From Octopus vulgaris (taxonomy: Eukaryota): a stretch of 64,000 nucleotides of DNA. How positions within the stretch are numbered: the stretch's first letter is position 1; the number at the start of each line of letters is the position of its first letter. The notes under the pieces were generated by a model, which ran no database searches, was not told the origin of the DNA, and saw only the letters and a list, made by a program, of their open reading frames with translations. Both the position numbers and the translations under genes were made by a program. Where the stretch lies: assembly GCA_951406725.2 (NCBI GenBank), contig OX597814.1, positions 211,854,001 to 211,918,000 on the forward strand. Direction: 5' to 3'. Below are positions 10,851 through 24,660 of this stretch, piece after piece.

Positions 10851-13800
10851 CGTTATGCGTTGCCTCACTAGGACGGGTAATTTTAGTTTCGCCTCACTCC
10901 CTTTTTATTATTCTTTTGCATTTATTCACACCTCCTCCTTTTTTAGCGTTTTTGATTTCAACGTGATATTTTTTCTTGTTAGCACCTACTTGTAGGAACT
11001 CTGTTTCCTTCCTTTGCTTTCTTCTTGAAAGTGTGGGTTCAACTCCCTGTAACGGTGTTGGTACCTGGAATGTGTCATACAGCCATTTCATAGGTTCTTC
11101 CAATCTGTCAGGAATCTCTTCTTGAATTGGTTCCTGTGTCTTTTACAATACCTTTTGTGCTTTTAATTCTGTACACCATTTCTCCTATATACTTTGTAAA
11201 TTTCCCTTCTTCCTAGTACTTTTTCCCCGTTTTTATACATGTACACTTTATCACCAATTTTGAAAAAAAATTGGATTGTCTTTCCTGGTACTTTTTTTTT
11301 CCTCGCCGAGTAACAGTTTATCAAAAACTGATTTCACTTTCTTCACGAACTCTTCTTGAGTTTCCTGCTGGTGTACTGGTGTTCGGTGTCACTCGGTATA
11401 TCCTTAAAAATTGCTGCAGATCGACTTCGTCTGTGACTTCCTTGTTTACTTTTCTCAAAGCTCTTTTTAAAATGTCCATAAAACTCTCTGTCTGTCCATT
11501 TGATCTGAGACACAAATTCACTGGACACAAACTGTGTACCATTATGAGATAAATCACATCTGGGATGCCAAATCTTGCGAATAATTCATGCCAAAATTTT
11601 TTTTACCGTTTTGGAGGTTTTTAGTTTGCACTTAACAATTTCTGGCCATCGTAAAACTGTCAACTACTGCTAAGTAGTAATAACTATCTAACGGAACCTC
11701 AAAGTCGATATTTAGTCTTGACCATAGACTTTTTTACTTCTGGCCAAAGCTCCCCTTTTAAGTAAGCAATTTTACTACCAGAAAACATTCTCTACAGCCT
11801 TTTACTAGGTTTTTCAACTTCCGTTCCATCTTCGACCAGTACACATAACTGCGCATAAGAGCTTTCATCATTGCGATCCCCGGATGTCCAATATTGAAGT
11901 CTTTCAACATACTTATTTGTAAAGTGTCAGGTATTACTACTCTTTGTCAATTCAGTACTAAGCCGTCGCATTTTGAATATATGTTTACATATTGCTGTTT
12001 TTTTCTTACCGAACATACTTTTGTTTTCTTTAGCTGACCAAACTTTTTTTTCATTAATTAATGAACTTATCTTTTGACGCGTGACGCTTCATCTCCACCA
12101 CTGTTATTTGTAACTCTCATACAGTGTTCCTCATTATGTGTTCAATTTCCCGTCCGGCTGTTAGGGCTGCTATTACTGTCTCCTCGAATGGTTCGCCATT
12201 TCTAGGTATTAATCTGGATAGGCCGTCAGCATGTCCTAGATTTTCGATGGTAAATATTCCATTGTGTAGTCGTAGTTTAGTTTATGGTGCCCCAACGCTG
12301 CAGCCTTTTTGCTTTATGTACTAGGAGTCCATTTTTAGATACGTAAATCGTTTGCGACGGGCAATGGTCTGATTGTAGTCTAAACCGTGCATTATGTATA
12401 AATACCTGGAGTCTTTTTTAAGCCAAATATAATCAGCAATATATCTTTTTCAATTGGCTATATTTTTTCCGCTGGCAATATTGTCCTTGACGTATGAACT
12501 ATGACTTTTGGCTGCCATCTTCACGCTTGTATAGGAGTACGGCAACAACTCCGTAATCACAAGCATCTGTAGCCAGTATCGTTTCAAACTTCGTATCGAA
12601 GTGTATAAGCGGCAACTCTGAAGTTAACATGGATTTTAGTTCCCCAAATGCCTTCGGAGGCATTTAGTGGAGGCCTTCTCTTGAGTATGTTTGGGATATA
12701 TACTTGATAGTAGTTTATTAAACCTAAACACATTTGTAATAATTTGACGTTCGCTGGGGGAGGCATATTACGTTGTGCCGTCGCCCTTGATGGATGTGGC
12801 CATCCCTTTCCTCAATTACTTGACATAAATATTTGAAAACTTCACACCTTTCGTCTGTTAGTCTAAACCCTTTTTCGTTTATTTTCTCTAATACTTTATG
12901 AATATGTTCCAAATGTTGCTCCACTGACTCGCTCTTTATCAAAATATCATCGTAATAAGCGATGCAATCATCAATTGTTGGAACATGGCAGGTGCCATTT
13001 TTACTTCAAAGCGAATTAATACAAAACGCGGTGTGTGTTGATTGGTAAAATTTAGGCACAATCTTCCTCTACTTGTATCTACTTGTCTGACCTGGAGAAA
13101 ATATTTCCATTTAAATTTGAGAACATTTCTGGGCTTAGTAATGGATAATTGGGTTCGGCTAAACAGTCATGTAATCCATGACTCAATAAACACTTAGTTT
13201 TTCTTTCTTTACATAAATTGCCGGAGCTGTCAGTTTGAATCGTAGACTTATTCAATTATATCTAGATTTTCTTGTCTTCTCAGTTCTTTATTGACGTGGT
13301 CTAACGTAGTAAATGGCATGTTTCCTTTGGACCTAAAAATGGGTGTTTCCTTTTCTTTTACTCCCATCCTTGCTTTTGCTTTAGTGCTTTAGTGAATCCG
13401 TCCAAATAAACATTTGGAAACAATTTTAAATTTCTTTTCTCAGTTGTTCGACTTCATTCGAACTTTTAACCGTGCCGACTACATTTTCACAGAGAACCCT
13501 AAACGAGTGTCCCACATTTTAAATAAATCCATGCGTTTTTTGGTGATTTTTTTTCAATACATAAATGACTATAGTTTTCATTTCACTTCGAAAAGTTACA
13601 TTGCAAATATATTCGCCGATGCAATGTAATTTCTTTCCTATAGCTTCTTAATTCAACTAAATAATTTCGGCTTATCGATTTGTTGCAATGTTTCTTCAAT
13701 TATCATAGTGATGGCACTACCCGTGTCTAATTGCATTTTGACACTAAAAGTTTCGTTTCTCCTCTTTATATTATGAACTTTCTGTTTTTTCTTTTTCTCG

Positions 13801-14370
13801 TTAATCCAGTTTTATGTCATCTTAGTTCTGCAGTGCGATGTAATGAGTTCTGAGTTCCACCAACAAAGACTCTTTCCTTTTTTTGAACGGACATTCTTCT
13901 CTCAGGTACCTACCACCCCATCCCATACAGGGTGTTTGTCGCCTGTGGTTCATCGTGTTTTTTTGTGAAACACTCTATCCTCCTCAGACTCTTCAACACT
14001 CGTTTTATCTGTAAAGTGTCTCTGCGTTAGATTTCTTCTGTGTCGTACTTTAATTTTAATATCATATCGCATTCTTATGATAGTTTCTGAAGAGATATAT
14101 TCTGGTTCATTTTCAGCTTTGTGAGAATTTTTTTCTGACTTCTGCGTCATTTTTAGCAATAAGTCTCAGAGCAAAAGTCAGGTACTTCAACGTGCCTGGA
14201 GTGAGTTTATACAGTTTAAATCTCTCACACTCTGTTCACTCTACCTGCATGTGGGAAAGTTTTCGTCATCACTTTTCTCAGTATACAAACACTTCTAGCC
14301 TGTGTTGAATAACGATGTTTTCTTACTAAACATCCAACATAAGATGTCAATTTCGTCCGTAAAATTTACG

Positions 14371-14718
14371 TCAGAAACTTTCTTTTGATAATATAAAGTT
14401 ACAGTCTTTTACGTGATTTTTCGTCGCTAGTTTCCTCAGAAATAGACGCGTTTTCATTTTGTCGGTCCAGTTTTGGTACTCTTTCTCGAAAATTTGCTCA
14501 AATCTTCGGTGATATGCCTCGAAGGTGACTCCTTCTTCCGGGTTATATTTACAATTATTTATTGAATTTGCTACTTGGTCTGGCGAAAAGACATTTTCCT
14601 GTTTTGTTACCAACTTCATTGGTCGTAGCATTTGTTGCTGTAACATTTCTTGTTGTTTTATGAATTGTTGTTGTTGCTGTTCTTGTAACTCAACTAGACC
14701 CTCTAAAAAGTTTTCCAT
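14371..14718 (-). pseudogene. gag: Gypsy gag N-terminal fragment
   Basis: FSPDQVANSI..YNPEEGVTFEAYHRRFEQIF..KTRLFLRKL. Confidence 0.75.
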
Positions 14719-14902
14719 AATTTTACAGATTCTTCTTAAAATGTGTGCAACAAAAATATTTCTTACTCATGTATCGAGTTTTTATTTTCCTCACATGAAA
14801 AATATTTCAACGTCGTCTGCGTGAATTGTTTATTTTCTCGTGATACATTTTTTTTTTCTTTTCAGCGTTGTCTGCATGAATTGTTTATAGCTTCCTTGCC
14901 AC

Positions 14903-15232
14903 TGTTATGATGTGGATCTTCGTCTATTTGTATGTTATTGTCGGCACTGTAATATTCTTGTCACCACTATTATGTTTTGACTGTATTCCGCGTCTTACTA
15001 TCATTGACTCGTCTATCTTGCTTTCGCTGATAGCTCCTACAAAACAATGACTTTGGGACATCAAACCTGAAGGTAACTCGAAGCCGTATATATCACGTAA
15101 CTGACACTGACTCCAACTGAGAACTCGTTCAACGACGACTCTACTACTATTGACGACCTTCTACAATAACTGACTGTCTGACTTTATAGTCTGACTTTGT
15201 CACGTGGAAAGTGGAGTACCATTTTCACTACA
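14903..15232 (-). repeat. 5' LTR of the Gypsy element
   Basis: TG...CA termini with adjacent PBS. Confidence 0.8.
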
Positions 15233-16051
15233 ATAGAAGGCTTGAAAGAAATGAAGCTAGTACGCTTCCCTAGATGTCCAATGGCAATATGCTCGTGCGA
15301 CAGAGTGTATGCGGCATACGAGGCATCAAGTATTGTGTGGAAGAGAGGGAGCACCTTCAATGTACTGTTGTGGATATCGAGAGAGAGGCTGAGTCTGGCT
15401 AGTTTGTGACTAATTGTTTGGGTTTTACGTATGCACATAGGATGCCTTTATATGTGATAGAAACATAAATATGAGAATTGTATTTCATTGTGGATTCCAC
15501 ACGAAGCCTTTCGTGCTTTTCGATTTCGCTTTTAATAACTTCTACTTGAGATATTCTATTCCTATAGACTTGAATTATAATTATAATTGACATCAGGTAA
15601 TCGCGTCACGAACTGTACGCCCATTCTAAAAAACGAAATATGTGTCATGGATTTAATATACGGAATTTATTACTTTTATTCGTATCTCGAAATATGTTGA
15701 TAGTGTTGAGAAAAATAATAGATGTTTTCCCGTCTGCAGAATGGAAGTACAAGTATAATTGTTAGTAAATACTAACAATATATTTGTTCGGATCAGACTT
15801 ACACACCTGTAAAAAATGGCGTCTATTTAATTCAATTATTTAATGTGTAGAAATTTTGATATATCTTCGCCTGTTTATATTTTGACGACTTTAAAAAAAA
15901 TGCCAAATAAACAAATGCAATCTAACAATATCTAAAAGTAGCAACTGTTTTTAATCAAAATACGTCAATGATTGATGAAATTGTATTAGTAATCTTACCC
16001 AACAAGATTACACCGAAGTATTACACGGATTATTTTAATTTGCCCTAAATG

Positions 16052-16265
16052 TAGCAGCTGGTAGAATCTCTAGCACACCGGGAAAAATACCTAGCGGTAT
16101 TTCGTTTATCTTCACGTTCTAAGTTCAAATTCCGCCGAGGTTGCCTTTGCCTTTCATCATTTTGGAGTCGATAAAATAAGTACAAGATGAGTACTGCAGT
16201 CGATGCAATCGACTTACTACCTCGCAAGAAATTGCTGGCCTTATGCAGACATTTGTAATCATTAT
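16052..16265 (+). mobile_element. tRNA-derived SINE, family B (older copy)
   Basis: Homologous to 42446-42677: AGCTGGTAGAA..AGTTCAAATTCCGCCGAGG. Confidence 0.8.
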
Positions 16266-17156
16266 TTTCATTTCTCGTAATTTACAAAAGAATATTTCAA
16301 AAGTATACATGTTAGATTTGTCACATACTGCATCTTGTGGCTTTCATTCACGGGATGCTTAAGTTTTTTTGATGTAGAATATCGTTTAAGTAAAGGACCG
16401 CTTCTCATTTTCGTACACAGCCATAAGATATAAACAAATGCGACGATGGTGCCACCAGAAATAGGAGAGGATGAATAATAAAATGAGCTACATGAAATAT
16501 TTTAAAGAAATTTTCGTTTATGAAAATTTTCGTATATCATACATTGTTTCTTTGAATTGGGAATAAGAAAAAATAACACAAAGTTACCGATATTTATGTC
16601 TTTTCTTAAGATCATAAAAAAACAAAACATGCTGCAACAAATTGTAATTTACGGGACCTATGAAATAATGTAATAAGGTCATTCTCATTGTAGTTTGACA
16701 GGGAGAATACGCTCAAAATTGCAGCAAGTGATAAAACAGAGAATGTCGCCTTTGGACCGATGAATGCATCTCCAAAACCTTCCCTACACATATACACGCA
16801 TACACATAGACTCACACAGAAACATATACAAGAACACACAGAACACACGTATATAGGGATATAGAGTGTAACGTTTAAAATATGTGCTTCATCTCTATTC
16901 ACACGTATACCTTTGGTCATAAATCACGTATAATATCTCCACATATTTCAAAAACAAAATAAGAAGTCAGATAACATCTACACTGCTGTTCCCATTGCTT
17001 AAAAAAATTGTTAAGAATAATGAATAAACTAATTCATTCATAAATGGTTCAATGATAAAAAAATATATACATGAATGTATATACATCTAAAAGTTAAAAG
17101 ATTAAATGCAGACTTAAAAATGTGCTTATCACCTTCACCCTCTATCTATCATTGTG

Positions 17157-17198
17157 TATTTATATATATATACACACACACACAACACACACACATAC

Positions 17199-17254
<56 letters not shown>

Positions 17255-17255
17255 G

Positions 17256-17304
<49 letters not shown>

Positions 17305-17321
17305 GTATATATATATACATA

Positions 17322-17407
<86 letters not shown>

Positions 17408-17412
17408 GTATA

Positions 17413-17480
<68 letters not shown>
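17157..17480. repeat. (TA)n microsatellite
   Basis: Direct reading. Confidence 0.98.
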
Positions 17481-17483
<3 letters not shown>

Positions 17484-17685
17484 AGAATTCACAAAAAAAA
17501 CAAAAGTCGAAGGCAGGTGATGTAGAAAACAAACAGATGTATTAGTATAACGCTCGGGAATTGATGAAGTCTTTAAAGTTTCGAGCCTACGCTCTTCCAC
17601 AGAATGGGACACGGAAAGAAAAAAAGGAGAGAAACAAGGAGACAAAAAAATGTGTGTAGTGGCTAGCATTCTATCATGGCGCACG
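17481..17685 (-). mobile_element. Short HHR-like repeat, family of 7850-8022
   Basis: Minus strand: CTGTGGA-A-GAG CGTAGG CTC-GAAAC TTT-AAAG at ~17570-17606. Confidence 0.65.
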
Positions 17686-17770
17686 CCTGGACAGAAGGGT
17701 CACACAGGAGAGCTGTATAGGAAACTTTAGAAAGTATAAAAGTAAAAAAGAAAATTAAAATAACAACAAC

Positions 17771-17852
<82 letters not shown>

Positions 17853-18395
17853 GATGCAGTAAATGTCTTGATGTAGTACCAGGCAGTGGCTGTCATGGCT
17901 TTTTGTCTTAAATGATTGGAAGTGTTATCAAGTATATTGTTTTGTCTTGGTATAAAAGATGGGCTACAGCAACTATTCTGCTCAATACCACAGATTTGCT
18001 TGTCAGTTGTTTGACCATAACAAGTTGAAAATGTCCCTTAGTGGCTGACAATATGGGCATCTCTGATCACGAGCAGAAGTAGTGGGGGAGCATCATAGCC
18101 ATGTGTTGAGAGGGATTCTTTGGGGTTTCAATAATTCACTTCTGGAAACATGGGTGTTTCGTTCAACATCCTTAAACAACCCTTATTCAGAGACCAGAAG
18201 AGACTTCTAACTGGGCCCCACATGCAAGGTCATGTGATGTTTATCTTGATATAAGATCACCATGTCGCACTCATGTGGCTGTGATGCATGTGTCTAGTGT
18301 ACCCTTATCAGACGGGTAGTCATGATGGGTATACTGGGCTTCGTATATTTTACCCCAGTGTCATTTTGATGGCATGCATTGCTCTCTCACTCAAT
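17853..18395. mobile_element. ~540-bp repeat flanked by (AAT)n, copy 2
   Basis: Homologous to 2730-3270. Confidence 0.8.
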
Positions 18396-18858
18396 GATAA
18401 TAATAATAATAATAGTTTAAAGGTAAAGTTCAAGGTTTCAGACGTTTAGGTGTATTGCAGCGATTTTTCATCTAGAAAAGAGTCCAGAGTAATCCATAGG
18501 CAGAGGAGGTACAGCCGGAGTGTAGAAAGTCTAAAAGAGAATCCACGTAGAAAAGTAGAATGTCCACTGGAGAAGTTGTGGTTGATTAAAGGAGAGAGGA
18601 TCAGTTGGTGCGACCACGTGAGCGTGTGATATATGGGGAGAATTCACGAAAAAAACAAGACGAAAATAGGTGGTGTATAAAACAAACTGATCTACTAGTA
18701 TTTGTATACACACACACACAAACATACATACACACACACACACTCACATATATTTATATATATATAAATATATATACATACATATATAGAGCAATAAGAA
18801 TATGGAGGGGATCAATAAGTATCATTCATCAACTTTAGTCAATTTATAGGGAAAAATG

Positions 18859-18893
<35 letters not shown>

Positions 18894-18913
18894 CACACAT
18901 ACATACATACACA

Positions 18914-18999
<86 letters not shown>

Positions 19000-20772
19000 G
19001 TTTAATCATATCAAAGTGAAATGGAATTTCATTAAATTTAAAATATTCAATCAAAATTTACATTTCCAGTGGTCTAAGGTGCAAAAAGTTTAGTCAAGAA
19101 GACTATATATTAGTTATACGATATAGTGCATATTTATACACATAAGGAATCCACATATATATATATATATAGTTAATCCAAACAAGAAAGCACAAAAAAA
19201 ACACAACAACGTGAGGACGTGGAACAAATATAGTATTTTTGGACGACATACACACATCAGGTGTTTGAAAATGTAATATGGTTTTATTTATAAGTGTCTC
19301 TAAATAAATCGTTGCTAGCTTAAAATACTTCATGAATCTAGTAGTTTATCTTCATTCATGACTCGAATCATGTTTTGAAGGACTAATTGAAATATTTGCT
19401 GATAATAGTCTGTTTGTATGGAGAATATTTAAACATTTTAGACATTTAATAGCGTCTGTTTATATTTGCCTTCAATTATTTCACTGTTACTAAAAATGTT
19501 GTCATTTTTATTTGACACTAATACATATGAAACATTTTTTCATATAAATATTTATTAAATGATACAATGCTTTCCTTGACAAACAACATCGCTAATGTTT
19601 AAAGAGGTGTGGTGATGTATCCTAGAATATTAACCCCATTACTCTTGCATATTAGAGCGATATATGCATGCGAAGAAGTTCTTTTGGAGTTAACACAATT
19701 TAGTCCAATCCAAATATGTCAGGCATAATAATTTTTTGCTTGTAAAACTACTGTACTCACTGCTATGGAGACATGTTTCGTTGTAAGCAACAGGGATTGA
19801 ACAGATGAAGACATTACAATCTTCTTAGATATCGTCAGCAACGGATACGAAGCCTGAAATGATTTGTATGCCATTGTCTCCTTAGAGAAAATCAGTAGAA
19901 AATACCTACTGATTAGATCCTTACACTCACCAGGTTGTAACAAATTACCAAGGAATCATGTGAAGAAGGTTTGTGGGATCAGCTCATATATATTCAGGAC
20001 ATAATTTTGAACAGTCAGTTCAGGATTATTCGTTTGGTTTAGAGAACAAAGAATTTTGTAGGAGTTTGAAATATATAGTAAATGCTCTGAAGTGACTGGT
20101 GGCGTTTTATCCCCCGTTGTTTCAAGCGAGAATTTTCTTCACCGGAAGCTACAGAGGGAATCGTCATATTACAGATTTGGGACATATTCTATCTCATCAA
20201 AAAATTTGTTTCTTCCACAACGAATTTCTCTCACAACAGTATAAGTCTTGTGCGAGTTTGTTGGCCGCTTGCATGGATATTTTCTTTTGGTTTTCTATAC
20301 GAAATCTATGACTTTCAAATTTATTGCAGGCTTATCCGGTGCCGACAATATCTAAGGAGTTTGAGATACATTCTTCGCTTCAAAGATGTGCTCTGAATTG
20401 ACATTTTGCGTTTTATATCCTGTTGCAATTGTGAGCATTTTTTGAAATGTCAAACTACGATGAGAATTGCCTTTCTACGGGTCAAATGTGCTTGAAATTT
20501 AATGCACAAATTTAATAAATTGGCTGTTTTACTACGATGTATTTTGCAGGTCCCGTAATTTTAAAATTTCCTGTAGTTCGCATGTTTTTTACGATCTTAA
20601 GTAAAGACATAATTATCGCTACATTTTCTTCTTTTCTAATTGCCAACTTAATCAAACAATGCATGACAAACTTTCTACGGATATCAGCAGGTATCTTTAA
20701 AATAATTCATGTAGCTCATCCTGTTATTTTTCTCTCTGAAATGTCTGAAGACATCATGTTCGCATTTGTTTA

Positions 20773-21139
20773 TCTTTATATATAAATGTCAAGTTGTGTG
20801 CCTGTCTCCTACGATTTAGATTCCTAACTACTCCCGCATTTTGCGGTGCAGTTTAACCAAAACCGAGTATCTTATAGTCGTGATACATATCGAGCCCTTC
20901 TGGGTATTAGCGTGCGTCTACGATGAGTCTACGATTTAAAAAAAATTACCATCATTGTTTTCCATTTTAATGTATTTTTTCGATATTATATAAGGGAAGT
21001 AACTCTCTAAAAATGTCTATGATGAGTCAATGATTTAAAAAAAAATTACCATCATTTTGTTTCCATTTTTAATGCATTTTTTTGCTATTTTTGAGCTATA
21101 ACTCTTACAAACCCGAGCAACGCCGGCCGATACTGCTAG
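20773..21139 (+). mobile_element. Non-autonomous Helitron
   Basis: 5' TC-TTTATATATAAA; 3' GC hairpin CCCGAGCAACGCCGG then CTAG; inserted between A and T; no TSD; internal tandem duplication. Confidence 0.8.
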
Positions 21140-23674
21140 TACCTCAATAAATAATGAATCCCCTGCCTCTATTTGTCTTCATGCATTTTACTGAAACCAA
21201 AATATCTGCTCCTTCTCTCCGCGTTTCCCCTCTGTGTTTAAGGGCTTCTTGTACGTGATATATGATGATCTCTCACACAAAAGCAGAGCGGTGGATCATC
21301 TCTATTCATTCAATCCTCTCTATCATGCCTCACTATTATGTTAGTTACGACATCTACGTTTCCCGTATCATTTCTCCATAGACCAACATGTATCGGATAC
21401 TCACTCAGGCCCTGTCGATGCGTATGAGGAATTTAGTGGTGCTTCTCCCCACTTAAGACCAAACATGATGATCTTCCTATGTGGTCAAATAAATTCTTAC
21501 TGTAACCATCCAATGTTTTAAAATATTACATTTGACGAACAATTGTAATCTGAAAGGAGCATGGAAGCTATATCTAGCAGGTATAGCCACAACGTAGGCG
21601 GTTCACTTCTTGCATGCATTCTTAGTAGTTGCGTTTGCGAGTAGCCAAATCTCTTAAAGGGGATGCAGATTATTATATGCGTCAATTATTAATTAGGTAA
21701 GATGGTGAAATGTATAGAATAGAAACTACAAGCAAAATAATTTGACATCAACGATTTACACGTTTACATAGTTTTCAGTTATAGAATTTTTGTCTTAAAT
21801 ATTGTTGAATACTGCGTCTGATAATCATTTACATTGTTGCAATCGTATTGATAGCTATGACAAAATAAGCATAGTTTTAGGATTAATCAATTAACAATAG
21901 ACCAAATCTTCCATCGAATGGTGATATGAAATTTTACTATCAGCTTAAACGCGGTTGACAACAGCACAGTGAATATAATTTTATGGAATCAAATACAGAC
22001 GTTTATTGATACAGCAATGTTTATTTATTTCGGAAGTGTGTACTGAACGAATGCAATACGAATTTTTGTGTATAAATATCTCAAAAATAATCGTAAAGCT
22101 GTTTGCGTTCATGATAGAAAATTCAATGTCTTCCTTAAACTTCTTGACATATGACATTTGTCATACACTGCCATGACAAAATAAATTAATGTGTGTTTTA
22201 TTGTTTTTCTATCGTGGCTTTGAATGGAGCGTTATTAAAATCCCAGTGAAAAGTTGCAACATTGAAAGAAGATAAACAATTTCGTAATACATATTGTACT
22301 CTCTACTCTCAGTAATTCTTTAAGCTATATTTTCTTCGTTAATTGGAAACTTAGTGTTACTGCCATACACACATTCTCATAATGTGATGGATTGAAATTC
22401 CGAGTAGGAGTCAAAGAGTTCAATAATATTTATAAGTTCCTACACGTTCACACATGCATAGCTGCACTATTACATATATACAAACATACATATATAATAT
22501 CTACGACATTATTATCGCCAGCTATCTTATGATCAAGTTCACTGAGGAAACTATTCGTTTATGGCAGCATCGGTGATTCAATGAAATAAAATTTCTGGAT
22601 GTTACGAGTCACAAGAAAAAAAACAGCTGGCGGAAACAATAAGGGCAAATTTTGGAAAACTGAATATAGGAAAGTATGAAAGTGCTATGAAATTTCATTT
22701 CGTTTACGAGTATGCTATATTATAAAATATATTATTCTTGGAGTTATGAATGCCAAAACGATATTGGCAATTCTGCTGTTGGATAATTGAATATAAGGAA
22801 TATATTGTGGGACGAACATCATTGTAAACTAAATTATCTTACAGGGTAACCTTCTCGTTGACAAAGGTTTAGATTAATTCTGTTCTAAAATATGACAGCG
22901 GAATACAAATATGAAATAATGAATAACATATTCTGGCAATTATAAATAACCAGCATCAAGGACTAGCACACACTATATCAACTCGGAGAAAACCTATACA
23001 TGCAGAAGCAGTTGCCAGTCACCATAGTAGCAAACGCAAGAATATATACTTAGTGAGCAAGGAGTGGAAGTATATAAACAAACGCAAGTTGTTTTTCTAT
23101 TAAATATGGATTTCATGAAAACATTAATTTGCTCCTTAGATACGGCCGCAAGACAGAGCTTATTTAATTACCAATCATACGGTAGCGAGAAAGTTCGGTT
23201 TAATTCTGATTAACAATATCAGCAAGGGATATCGAAAAAAGTAATGAACTATTTAAGCAGTATCATGAAGATAGAAAGAAAGTAAACATATGCAAATCAA
23301 TCCGGAAACATACTATTATGGATTTGTAAAACCGAATAGAATTAGATCTCTGGTATATGGCTATAGTGTGATACATATCAAATGTAAATAATGATTTAAC
23401 TATAATTCTCACTAGAAAGCTATTTGATGATAAGAAAACAATTGTGAACAGGATAAATGAGACGTGTCATTAAGCAAGTCCGTCAATAGCTAAAAAGAAA
23501 AATAAAGTCAGAAATCGCCACAGAAAAATGTCGGAAAATCAGTAACATCAAAGACAATTTTTTTTCTTTAGCGGAGTGGATTTTGATTCATTCTAGTGAA
23601 ATATTTTCTCTTAAACATCTTGCAACGCATCAAAATTTTGCCAATGGTGATAATTTCATGATATTAATATTGAT

Positions 23675-23880
23675 TTCAAATTTTGGCACACGGCCAGCAA
23701 TTACAGGGGTAGGATTAAGTTGACTACATCGAATCCAGTGCCCAGCTTGTAGTTATTTTATCGGACCCAAAAGCATAAAATGCAACGTCTACCCCGTCGT
23801 ATCTTGAACGTAACGACGGGCGAAGTGCCGCTTAGAATTCTGCCCTGTTTGCTAACGATTCTGTCTGCTCGTTGCCTTTA
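23675..23880 (-). mobile_element. Old SINE family B copy
   Basis: Reverse complement resembles 42446-42677. Confidence 0.6.
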
Positions 23881-24389
23881 TCTTGAAATTATTACCAATA
23901 AAGAAATATATAAAAAAAAATTTCAAGGTTTGAAAAGTATCAGAAAAAATAACTTGATGGTTGGCTAAGGTTCTAAACTTGATGGTTTACAGGTTCCTAA
24001 AATGGTTCACTGAAAGCAGACGCTGAAATGTATGTGAAATACTTAATAAAGGATAGAAATTTGCTCTCACTCCTCTTTGGGTGGTATGCAAACAAGCAAA
24101 GCTGGCAAGCTCTTCAATCTGTGGTTTTAGACAGGGAAGAGAAAACCATCGATTGCATTGACATGAAAACAAATGACGATGTAATATGTCATTAATGAAA
24201 TGAACTATGCAACAGGCCGCAGTGATTCATGTAATGTCACTAGCAAATTTTCAAAACCAATGCAGATATATTTCCAAAGCATTCAGAAAGTTGAAAGTAG
24301 TTGTAATATGCCCTAATAATAAACGTGAAAGCAGTGTCGACGTTAAAAATAGCAGCTCTAACTTTCTGACTTAATACATCTACAAAAGT

Positions 24390-24660
24390 GAGGAATTCAT
24401 TCTTACAAGGAGACTTTTGACGTCCCTAGAAGAAAATGGTTTGTTCACTGAAACGCAGCACGACTTCTGTCCAGGACGGTGCTCCCTCACACAGCTAATA
24501 CAGCATTACGATTATTTGCTGACATAGCATCCATATATGTCAAACGTGGTTGTGATATATCACCACATTCCAAAGGTTTTACATAAAACTAGATGACGGA
24601 AAGATATGGTGCCATAAACTGCGTGACCTCGACAGAATTGGAGAACTAAAATGTGCCTGC
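24390..24660 (+). mobile_element. CR1-like LINE RT fragment
   Basis: LEENGLFTETQHDFCPGRCSLTQLIQHYD..CHKLRDL. Confidence 0.6.

Larger units (their letters stand above)
9771..15232 (-). mobile_element. Degenerate Ty3/Gypsy LTR retrotransposon (gag-PR-RT-RNaseH-IN)
   Basis: Related LTRs 14903-15232 and 9771-10089; PBS TGGCAAGG next to 14902; PPT AAAAAAGGAGGAGG at ~10932-10945; gag YNPEEGVTFEAYHRRFE; RT YYDDILI; RNaseH LATDACDYG; IN GHPGIAMMKALMRSYVYW and SNGQTESF; many frameshifts. Confidence 0.9.
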
